DNA of 64,000 nucleotides, taken from positions 471 to 64,470 of the forward strand of contig JALSNX010000004.1 of assembly GCA_026986775.1 (NCBI GenBank), in the 5' to 3' direction. The notes beneath the pieces are model-generated. The model made no database searches, was not told the DNA's origin, and saw nothing but the letters and a program-made list of their open reading frames with translations. The DNA comes from a candidate division WOR-3 bacterium (GTDB taxonomy: Bacteria > Hydrothermota > Hydrothermia > UBA1063 > CAJXJZ01). Below, one piece after another: positions 1 through 7,333 of this stretch. A program made the translations under genes and the position numbers. How positions within the stretch are numbered: position 1 is the stretch's first letter; every line of letters begins with the position of its first letter.

Positions 1-1829
1 CCTACAAGTGCCAATTGAGTGAATCTATTTATGAAATAGAACAACTTTACGTCGCTATGCAAATTCCTCTGATTAAACTCATACTTAACATACGGCTTGA
101 TATATAAGTGTTTTATAATAGGTATTTCACCCCATAGTTGAAGCAATGTGGTATCCGCCTGTCCAGATACCATCTTTTTATTAATACTATAGGATATTGT
201 AGATTCTAATAAAAATAGATCCCCCCTGACACTTACGAAAATATCTTTTTCCCCAAGTGATTTAAATACATATATGTTAAAATTTCCAAATACTCCGCTT
301 TTTCCCACAGCAGCCTCCACGCCTTCACTAACTTCATTTACTCCAAAAACATTTCTTCTGAATCCACTTCGTATAAAAATATTAGTCGGTATTATCAATT
401 GTACATTAAGATTTGATGTGGAAAAAATGTCTTCACCTGTTGACCTAACTCCTATTTTTCTGTAGTACCCTATAACTGAAGCTCTTATAGACTGGTTTTT
501 ACTGTTTACCCAGCTATAACTACCATAAAAGTCGTATATAAGTTTATTGTTATACCACATTTTCCCTATTGGTGATATTAAGTTGGAATCGGTAATCATG
601 TAAGATGTTCCAAAAGACAGACCAGGATAAACATTTCTGCTTATATTTATAGACATACCTCTACTACCATTACGGGCGTGCACTGCACCTTCAATAGAAA
701 CAAACGTATTTAATTCGTTTATGTATTTCCTGAGTCCAGCGCACAACATAGGTACGCTGTCATCATAAAACCCACGAAAATATGGGTTAGGTAAATTACC
801 ATCCGGATATATATTCACTCCTATTCCTTTGAATCGTCTTTCTGTATTATACCGGGTGTATAATCCATAAACGGAAAAATACCTATTCTCTACATTTCCT
901 TTAATGCCCAGTTTAACTGTATCTATATTACGGGTATAGAATAGGGGAAGGTCAAAGGAGAAATTCTTGGCACCTTCCAGAAAAAATTTCCTTTTTTCCG
1001 GAAAATATCGGGGTTCAACAGACAGGTCAAAGGATACAACATCCGCATCTATAGTGGAAAAATCTGGATTTATGCTTCCTTCAAATATAGTATTCTCGCT
1101 CATCTTAACTTCTATATTTCCTCCTATTTGTTTTTTGAGATTGCTATCCCTGCAATTTTTATTAACTCTTAGATATGGAAATAAATTTATCTTGAAAGCA
1201 CTCTGGCGAGTAACCGTGGAACCAAGAACTATTTTCTGCATGTTTTCAAGTCTCATAAATGGCTGATTGTAATTAGTGGCAACCATCACGTTATCATTGT
1301 GAAAATTCACACTTCCATTAATATAAAAGATTGAATCTTCAAAGAAAATCGTTTTAAATGGGATTACAAAAAGGGCAATCCATTTATTTCCTTCTATCAC
1401 TGCTCTATAATACCACAGTCCATCCCACTCTTTTGTAGAAAATCCATGCTGTGTTGTCATGAATTCGCTGTTACCACCGGAAGGTGAGCCGACAAAAACA
1501 TAAGCAAATTCTCTGGATTGATAAGTAGATAGCGTAAGCATAGCATAATCCCCCTGAAAAATAGCACTATTGTCAAATCCTTTAGATGACGACACCGGGA
1601 TAGTGGAATCTATCTCAATAATAAAGAGTAATGACTTATCGGTATAACCTGCATACCCCTTCACTTTATCAAATACTTTACTGGTGTCTGGTAATGGAAA
1701 AACTTTATAAAAGGCAATACTTTCGTTATATTTATAGTTCAATAAAAAACTATTCACAGTAGAATATTTATGAGCTACTACTGGTTTTAAGTATATCAGA
1801 GCAAAGAATATTGACTTAAACACTGTCAT
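1..1829 (-). CDS. DUF5916-like large envelope protein; C-terminus runs off the window edge
   Basis: Own minus-strand translation: open frame from ATG at 1829 (MTVFKSIFFALIYLK.., signal-like) to position 1. It is absent from the ORF track because no stop lies in the window. Contains VEPRYFPEKRKFFLEG, which resembles the DUF5916 family motif. ATGA start/stop overlap with the upstream ABC gene. Confidence 0.6.
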   Translation of the reverse strand, partial: MTVFKSIFFALIYLKPVVAHKYSTVNSFLLNYKYNESIAFYKVFPLPDTSKVFDKVKGYAGYTDKSLLFIIEIDSTIPVSSSKGFDNSAIFQGDYAMLTLSTYQSREFAYVFVGSPSGGNSEFMTTQHGFSTKEWDGLWYYRAVIEGNKWIALFVIPFKTIFFEDSIFYINGSVNFHNDNVMVATNYNQPFMRLENMQKIVLGSTVTRQSAFKINLFPYLRVNKNCRDSNLKKQIGGNIEVKMSENTIFEGSINPDFSTIDADVVSFDLSVEPRYFPEKRKFFLEGAKNFSFDLPLFYTRNIDTVKLGIKGNVENRYFSVYGLYTRYNTERRFKGIGVNIYPDGNLPNPYFRGFYDDSVPMLCAGLRKYINELNTFVSIEGAVHARNGSRGMSINISRNVYPGLSFGTSYMITDSNLISPIGKMWYNNKLIYDFYGSYSWVNSKNQSIRASVIGYYRKIGVRSTGEDIFSTSNLNVQLIIPTNIFIRSGFRRNVFGVNEVSEGVEAAVGKSGVFGNFNIYVFKSLGEKDIFVSVRGDLFLLESTISYSINKKMVSGQADTTLLQLWGEIPIIKHLYIKPYVKYEFNQRNLHSDVKLFYFINRFTQLALV

Positions 1830-3463
1830 AATAACCTCCTGTCTTCATCTGCATTTTTTAAAACTTCTGATCCTGTTATTTTTCCGTGATTTAATTTTAA
1901 TGTCCTGTCATGAAATAATTTAAGGTCATGGGATCTGTGGGCAACAGTTATGAGTGTATTTCCACCTATAAATTTTATAATTTTCTCGTATATAATGAGT
2001 GCTTCTTTGTAAGGTATATGTTCTATAGGTTCATCAAAAATGTAAACTTTTGCCTCCTTATACAGAGTGCGGGCAAGGAGTATTTTTTGTCTTTCTCCCT
2101 GTGAAAAATTTTTTCCGTTGACATCAATTAGATAATCAAGACCATATCTATCAAGGTCAAAATTAACAATATTAATTACTTCTCTTAACCTTTCATCCTT
2201 ATAACTCATATTAAACACTATGTTCTCAAGTAATGTTCCCTTAAACAAGGTTGCACTGTCTATAAACGCAGATATATCCTTGTATGGATTTACACAAAAG
2301 CGTACTTTTCCTTCCAAATTTTTAACGAAACCACAGAGAACCCGTAAAAGCATCGTTTTACCAGAACCGTTCTCACCTGTGATCAATATTTTTTCGCCAT
2401 GCTTTATGTTAAGATTAATCCTGTCAAGAACCCTTCTTTCTCCAATATTCATGGAAACGTTCATCAGATTCACAATACAACTGTCATCGCTGTCAGAAAC
2501 ATAAATTTCACTTGAGTTTTCAGTTTCTGCGAATTTATTTATTCTTTGAAACGCAGTGTAAGATTTCACAAGTCCTATCCTTAAATTCATTACACTTTGA
2601 ATAGGGTTTATCAGATAATTCTGCATACTCGTAAAGGCAAATAGTCCACCAGCTGTAAGTCTTCCCCTGTAAATTTCATACACTCCAAGAACAACGATGG
2701 AAACGGGTATAATATCTGTCAACATGTTCAAAATAACATCGTAAGAAAAAGCGTATTTTACATATTTATAGTATGCCTTAAAAACTTTATCAATTACCCT
2801 GTCAGTTTTATTAATAACTAATCCATTTTTATCATATAGTTTATACTCAAGTGGCATACCGGCTATATTGGTGAGTTGTTCTCTGGCTATAGCATCACTT
2901 TCCATAACCGGTTGCATATATACATTTAATGTTTTCTTCATCCTGCTGGTTACTAATATATAAATAGGGAGGTAAAAAAGAAGTATAACCGTGAGTTTAA
3001 CGGATATAAATAGGAGTGCAAAGATACCAAACACAAACAAGAGAATGCTTTTAAGCAATATTACATACATATCAAAGAAGATATCTCTCAAATCATCAGG
3101 TTCGTCATATACCCTTGATACTACGTATCCTTCTTTTTCGTGTGGATATCTGGCATGCTTTAGAAATTTCTGCATTAACGAAACTTTCACATCTTTGACA
3201 ATCTCAATCACCTTCCTTTCAAGCATAACATTTGACAGTAATCTTCCGGCTTCTCTCGCAAAGGTTATCAAGACTATTCCCATAGAAATCGTCACAAAAA
3301 GGCTTAGTTCATGTGAATAGACCGCACTATCAATCATTTTTTTAAAGAGAAATGGAACTGGAAGTTGCAATAAGGTTGTAATGAATATTATCAAGAATGC
3401 AATTAAATATGTGGATTTATATTGTTTTATTCTTGAAAAAGCAAAAACGAACAGTTCTTTCAT
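1826..3463 (-). CDS. ABC transporter, fused permease/ATPase (peptide-exporter type, no C39 peptidase domain)
   Basis: 545 aa. Hydrophobic N-terminal half. Walker A GENGSGKT, signature-like FSQGERQ, Walker B VYIFDEP, H-loop VAHR. 1-nt stop/start overlap with the rSAM gene. Confidence 0.85.
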   Translation of the reverse strand: MKELFVFAFSRIKQYKSTYLIAFLIIFITTLLQLPVPFLFKKMIDSAVYSHELSLFVTISMGIVLITFAREAGRLLSNVMLERKVIEIVKDVKVSLMQKFLKHARYPHEKEGYVVSRVYDEPDDLRDIFFDMYVILLKSILLFVFGIFALLFISVKLTVILLFYLPIYILVTSRMKKTLNVYMQPVMESDAIAREQLTNIAGMPLEYKLYDKNGLVINKTDRVIDKVFKAYYKYVKYAFSYDVILNMLTDIIPVSIVVLGVYEIYRGRLTAGGLFAFTSMQNYLINPIQSVMNLRIGLVKSYTAFQRINKFAETENSSEIYVSDSDDSCIVNLMNVSMNIGERRVLDRINLNIKHGEKILITGENGSGKTMLLRVLCGFVKNLEGKVRFCVNPYKDISAFIDSATLFKGTLLENIVFNMSYKDERLREVINIVNFDLDRYGLDYLIDVNGKNFSQGERQKILLARTLYKEAKVYIFDEPIEHIPYKEALIIYEKIIKFIGGNTLITVAHRSHDLKLFHDRTLKLNHGKITGSEVLKNADEDRRLL

Positions 3464-4800
3464 TAATCTCCATCAACCTTTGAATCGGCAGCCAAGATCA
3501 GAATATCGTGAATAGCAAATTTCCTGAAATCACATACTCTCTCTTTATCAACAATAACATTTTTAGCACATCCGCCGCTACATACAGGTAGCATATTACA
3601 TTCAGAACATTTTTCATCCCAGAATTCGTATCCAAGCCACTTCGTCTCTCTCGCTACATCCACTCCATTCCATATATCCCCAATTGAGTATTTTTTCATG
3701 CCCACAATATCCCAGCACTTCTGAAGGGAACCATCTGGTTCAATGAGGAGACTATCAGGAGTGGGTGCCATGCACAGAGAAAATTTAGGTTCAGGTATTA
3801 TATTCTCTGGCTTTATATGTTTATACTTTAAAAGTAGCGGTAATAAATACTGGCCATAAATCTTACCAAATTCTTCAGTAGTGAAGAGGTCACCATCAGA
3901 GAGAGTATAGGATGCTTCTTTCTCCCCTGTAACAAAGTAAGGATAGCAGGATAAATTGTAAGGATTTTTAACCTTGCTCCTGATTTGTAAATCAACATAT
4001 TGCAGAAGTTCTTCATAGTATTTGTATGTTTTTTTATTGAGATTGGATCTGCAATTTATGAAAAAATTATCTACATTGTCTAAAATATCTTTTATGTTTT
4101 TCATAATGACATTGAACGTTTTACCACCTCCTTTCAAGGGACGCATTATATTATGGACTTCTTCAGGTCCGTCCACAGTTATCTGAGCACTTATTAAATT
4201 AACCCTTTTATGTAGCTCCATAGCTAAATCTGGAGTAAGGAGATAACCATTTGTAACAATATCTGATCTAAACTCCATGTCCATCTGTGTGGCAATCTCT
4301 TTCAGTTTTTCTCCTATAAAAAATATTGCCTCTTTGTTTAAGAGTGGTTCCCCACCATAAAAAGTCAGTGAAAGAACTTTCTTTGGACGCGCTTTAATTC
4401 GTTTTTCTATAAAATTAACCACCATTTCCTGCGTTATTCTGTCCATATACTTGCCCCTGACACCATATTGAGCTTCATAACAATAAGGACAAGCAAAATT
4501 GCACCCCGTAGTGGTCAGGATAGTAAAACTATGTCTATCATTTGATCTCCATAGAGCATCAATCACTCTAAGATAGTAGTATTTAACTTCGTCAAACTCC
4601 GCTTCAACAATGAATCCTCCTTTTTTAAACTCTTCCAGTTTATCTTTATCATTGTACCACAAATCTTCGTTCTCATAAAATTTAGAAAAATCTTCTTCTA
4701 GAAGCACAAAAGCTCCTGTTAAAGAATTATATAGATATGCATTTCCATTTTTCTTAAAATACACATTAAACCTTGACCTTTTTAACATCTTCCCATTCAT
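3463..4800 (-). CDS. radical SAM/SPASM-domain peptide maturase candidate
   Basis: 445 aa. CNFACPYC (CX3CX2C) cluster motif, GGEPLL, C-terminal SPASM-type CSECNMLPVCSGGC plus upstream Cys pairs. N-terminal ~90 aa look like the peptide-recognition region of sacti/ranthipeptide-type maturases. Confidence 0.85.
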   Translation of the reverse strand: MNGKMLKRSRFNVYFKKNGNAYLYNSLTGAFVLLEEDFSKFYENEDLWYNDKDKLEEFKKGGFIVEAEFDEVKYYYLRVIDALWRSNDRHSFTILTTTGCNFACPYCYEAQYGVRGKYMDRITQEMVVNFIEKRIKARPKKVLSLTFYGGEPLLNKEAIFFIGEKLKEIATQMDMEFRSDIVTNGYLLTPDLAMELHKRVNLISAQITVDGPEEVHNIMRPLKGGGKTFNVIMKNIKDILDNVDNFFINCRSNLNKKTYKYYEELLQYVDLQIRSKVKNPYNLSCYPYFVTGEKEASYTLSDGDLFTTEEFGKIYGQYLLPLLLKYKHIKPENIIPEPKFSLCMAPTPDSLLIEPDGSLQKCWDIVGMKKYSIGDIWNGVDVARETKWLGYEFWDEKCSECNMLPVCSGGCAKNVIVDKERVCDFRKFAIHDILILAADSKVDGD

Positions 4801-4843
4801 AAATCTGTCCCCTTTTATGTCAATATTATAACATTAAATCAAT

Positions 4844-4864
4844 GGGAGTGCAAATTGCACTCCC
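4844..4864 (-). terminator. intercistronic stem-loop between precursor ORF and maturase (possible attenuator or RNA-stability element)
   Basis: Perfect 9-bp inverted repeat GGGAGTGCA / TGCACTCCC with a 3-nt loop, 19 nt after the peptide stop codon. The downstream U-tract on the minus strand is weak, so it is not a classic strong terminator. Confidence 0.45.
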
Positions 4865-4882
4865 ATTTTAGTATCTTTCGTT

Positions 4883-4999
4883 TTATTTAAATACCCTCTT
4901 TCCACACGGCGCCCACATATAACAGGCTCCACCATGGCATGTGCATACAGTGCCTTTTAACACCGCCTTCTCAGAAATCTTATGTTTTACCCAATACAT
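4883..4999 (-). CDS. putative RiPP precursor peptide, 38 aa, Cys-rich
   Basis: Internal ATG of the 115-aa track ORF, preceded by GGAGG (5007-5011) with a 7-nt spacer. Sequence MYWVKHKISEKAVLKGTVCTCHGGACYMWAPCGKRVFK, with C-x-C-x4-C-x5-C in the C-terminal half. Lies directly upstream of and co-oriented with the rSAM/SPASM gene. Confidence 0.55.
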   Translation of the reverse strand: MYWVKHKISEKAVLKGTVCTCHGGACYMWAPCGKRVFK

Positions 5000-5038
5000 T
5001 CTCTTTCCTCCTAACTCTTGGGTGACATTCCACAATTT

Positions 5039-6343
5039 GGGTGTTATCCTAAAAAGTGTGTCTGAGGTGGTATAAAATATAAGATAATGAAAAGAATTGA
5101 GGTAAAAAAGAGAAGGAGGTGTAAAATATGAGGGAGAAAAAGGATACAATGGTAAGGGGATTACTGGAGAAGGCCATGATGGCGAGGACGCATGAAGAAC
5201 TGGTATCATATTTACTCCAGGTGTTAGCATTATTAGAGAGGGATATATATCTTGAGATGAACACAGAGGACAAAGGTAACGGATTTAGGAACAGGAGATT
5301 GCATGCGGGGAGTCTAACGTATGAATTATACATACCGAGAACAAGAAAAGGTAATTTCAGACCTTCATTTTTGCCAGACAAATGGAAGAGGACAGTTGCA
5401 GATGACTTTATAAATCTTGCTTATTCTTTAATTTTATCTTCCAAATCTATAGAATCTGCAAAAAGAGCCATTAGAGAATTAAATCTTCCCTTGAGTGAGG
5501 AATACTTTGACAGGATATTAGAAGAATTACGAAAAGAATTCAAGGCCCTGAACAATGCTCCACTTTTACAGGATTGGTTTTCTCTTGTACTTGATGCAAA
5601 ACACACACAGATAATGATAGATGGACTGATAAAGCCATATGTAATATACACAGTTGTAGGAACAAGTCTTGAATGGGAAAGAAAAATTCTTTTGAGTTTA
5701 ATAAAAGAAGGCAATGAAAATATTGACATGTGGAAAAAAGTATTGGGCAACCTAATTTCAAGAGGCTTAAGAAGAGTCCTTATAATTACTCATGACGATT
5801 ATCCCGGATTATCAAAAACCATAGAAAGTTATTTTACCAGTACAGACGTCCAGCTATGCCTCGTTCACTTAATTAGAAACCTCAAAAGACATCTTACACC
5901 TTCTATGTTCACAAAAGCAAAAGAATACCTCCATTCCATAAAAAATGCAGTGTCGTACGAACACGGATTCAGTTTGTTTGAAGAAATGTTAAAAATAATA
6001 AGTGAAGAAAACCCTGATTACGCTAAAGAGATAGAAAGAAAAAAGAAGTTTTATCTTCCCTTCCTTAAATATCCCAAAGAGTTGAGAAAATCCCTGTATT
6101 CAACCAACCTCTTAGAAGGTATAAACAGAAAGATTGAAGATGCAGAAAAAATGAGCGGTGGTTATTTCCATTCACTTAAACACCTTGAAATAAAACTATC
6201 TCTGGTGTTTAAAGAACTACACACTGGTAGATGGAGTAAAACAATACCTCTTGTGGCCAAAGTTAAACATTTCCTCTATGCTGTTTTTCAGGAGAGATTC
6301 TATAATGATTAAACCGCAAGACACACTTTTCTTGACCGCCCCC
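5039..6343 (+). mobile_element. IS256-family insertion sequence (boundaries approximate)
   Basis: A single transposase ORF flanked by imperfect terminal inverted repeats: left GGGTGTTATCCTAAAAAGTGTGTCT, and the reverse complement of the right end GGGGGCGGTCAAGAAAAGTGTGTCT (core AAAAGTGTGTCT identical). Length ~1.3 kb fits the family. No target-site duplication seen. Confidence 0.7.
5128..6312 (+). CDS. IS256-family (Mutator-type) transposase
   Basis: 394 aa. RBS GAAGGAGG upstream. Family-typical region ITHDDYPGLSKTIESYF..VQLCLVHLIRNLKRHL and C-terminal STNLLEGINRKI. Confidence 0.85.
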   Translation: MREKKDTMVRGLLEKAMMARTHEELVSYLLQVLALLERDIYLEMNTEDKGNGFRNRRLHAGSLTYELYIPRTRKGNFRPSFLPDKWKRTVADDFINLAYSLILSSKSIESAKRAIRELNLPLSEEYFDRILEELRKEFKALNNAPLLQDWFSLVLDAKHTQIMIDGLIKPYVIYTVVGTSLEWERKILLSLIKEGNENIDMWKKVLGNLISRGLRRVLIITHDDYPGLSKTIESYFTSTDVQLCLVHLIRNLKRHLTPSMFTKAKEYLHSIKNAVSYEHGFSLFEEMLKIISEENPDYAKEIERKKKFYLPFLKYPKELRKSLYSTNLLEGINRKIEDAEKMSGGYFHSLKHLEIKLSLVFKELHTGRWSKTIPLVAKVKHFLYAVFQERFYND

Positions 6344-6885
6344 TCTGTATATCCAGCTTCATCCTCAATCCAATCGCTGTATGTCCTTATCCCTATCTCC
6401 CTCTTCAGTAAACCCCGGGTTTCGTCTTTGCTTTTGGCCTCACCTTCAATTTTTGACCCTTCTTGTATTTTTTAAGAACTCTGTCTATCGTCGCCCTTGA
6501 TACCTTCTTTAATTTCTCTCTCACACGAGGAGATATCTGTATGGAGTTTTCTATTTTTGGCAGAACAAAGGATATCATCGCCTTTAACCTTAAACTGCAA
6601 GGATAATCAAATACCGACCATATATACCTTAGTACCTCTGAAAACTCTTCGTCATATATCTTCCTCCTCCGCCTCTTTATTTTTATGTTAGGATCAGCTA
6701 CTAGCCTCACTCTCTTACCCTGCGCTGTAACAAATACTACCCTCTTACCCGCATTCCTCAGTAACCATGAGGCGTAAGAACATTCAAATCTGGGATTTTT
6801 CCTTTTTGGTCTTTGCTCTCCTGTATAATTTTGAATACCTCAATGTTAACTTCTTTCTGGTCATGAGATCCAACTCCTTATCCAT
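6344..6885 (-). pseudogene. decayed rve/DDE-type transposase N-terminal fragment, at least 2 frameshifts, 3'-truncated by the IS256 insertion
   Basis: ATG at 6885 gives MDKELDLMTRKKLTLRYSKLYRRAKTKKEKSQI then a stop. The next frame continues FECSYASWLLRNAGKRV..VADPNIKIKRRRRKIYDEEF.. (track ORF 6405..6710). A third frame continues LLKREIGIRTYSDWIEDEAGYTEG up to the IS256 end. Confidence 0.6.
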
Positions 6886-6886
6886 T

Positions 6887-6928
6887 TTAACCTCCTTCCC
6901 CGGTTTTTGTGCCGGGAAAGGAGGTTAA
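6887..6928 (-). promoter_or_regulatory. long hairpin sequestering the RBS of the decayed transposase gene
   Basis: TTAACCTCCTT..CCGG-loop-CCGG..AAGGAGGTTAA inverted repeat. The distal arm is the SD (GGAGG, 6 nt before ATG 6885). This is the classic IS device against read-through translation. Confidence 0.5.
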
Positions 6929-6936
6929 AGCCTTTT

Positions 6937-6995
6937 GTGTAGATTTTTAAGTGAGCCAACGCCCCCTCTTTCGTGTAGATTTTTAATGAGGCAAC
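6937..6995. repeat. two direct copies of GTGTAGATTTTTAA(G)TGAG(C/G)CAAC spaced 36 bp apart; probable subterminal transposase-binding repeats of the decayed IS
   Basis: Copies at 6937-6960 and 6973-6995 read directly from the sequence. They lie just outside the pseudo-transposase 5' end. Confidence 0.5.
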
Positions 6996-7003
6996 TCGCA
7001 TCA

Positions 7004-7032
7004 TTGACAGGGCTCTTGTTTGGGTGTATACT
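7004..7032 (+). promoter_or_regulatory. sigma70-type promoter of the cold-shock gene
   Basis: TTGACA (7004-7009), exact 17-nt spacer, TATACT (7027-7032), ~35 nt upstream of the ATG. Confidence 0.6.
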
Positions 7033-7066
7033 TTTGATACTTTTAAGTTAAATGGAGGTAATATAG

Positions 7067-7282
7067 ATGTCTGATGTAAAGAAAGGTCGGGTCAAGTGGT
7101 TTGACTCGAGGAAAGGCTACGGGTTCATAGAACTCGAGGATGGTAGTGGTGATGTGTTTGTGCACTTCAGCGATATAGAAGGTGAAGGATACAAAACGCT
7201 GGAGGAGGGCGAGCAGGTAGAGTTTGAAATTATAAACTCTGACAAAGGTCCCAAGGCTGCTCACGTAAGAAGGCAGAGATAA
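7067..7282 (+). CDS. cspA: cold-shock protein (CSD family)
   Basis: 71 aa. [16 protein letters not shown] and DVFVHFS, i.e. RNP1/RNP2 motifs. Confidence 0.95.
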   Translation: MSDVKKGRVKWFDSRKGYGFIELEDGSGDVFVHFSDIEGEGYKTLEEGEQVEFEIINSDKGPKAAHVRRQR

Positions 7283-7304
7283 AAGAGGACAAAAACAAAA
7301 TTTT

Positions 7305-7330
7305 GGGGCGCTGTGGCGCCCCTTTTTTTT
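7305..7330. terminator. bidirectional rho-independent terminator
   Basis: GGGGCGC-TGTG-GCGCCCC followed by T8. An A/T-rich run on the other side serves the convergent minus-strand gene ending at 7334. Confidence 0.8.
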
Positions 7331-7333
7331 ATT

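Noticed and set aside
274-1266. Plus-strand track ORFs 274..465 and 967..1266
   Set aside because: They lie antisense to a continuous about 609-codon minus-strand frame with a recognisable family motif. They have low-complexity composition and no RBS.
4883-5230. 115-aa track ORF taken as a whole (also 5049..5381)
   Set aside because: Its N-terminal two thirds run through the IS256 terminal repeat and the antisense of the transposase 5' region, and are Pro/Ser/Leu-rich junk. Only the last 38 codons, which have their own RBS, look real.
6251-6691. Plus-strand ORFs 6251..6475 and 6497..6691
   Set aside because: They are antisense to the decayed transposase fragment, have no RBS and have biased composition.
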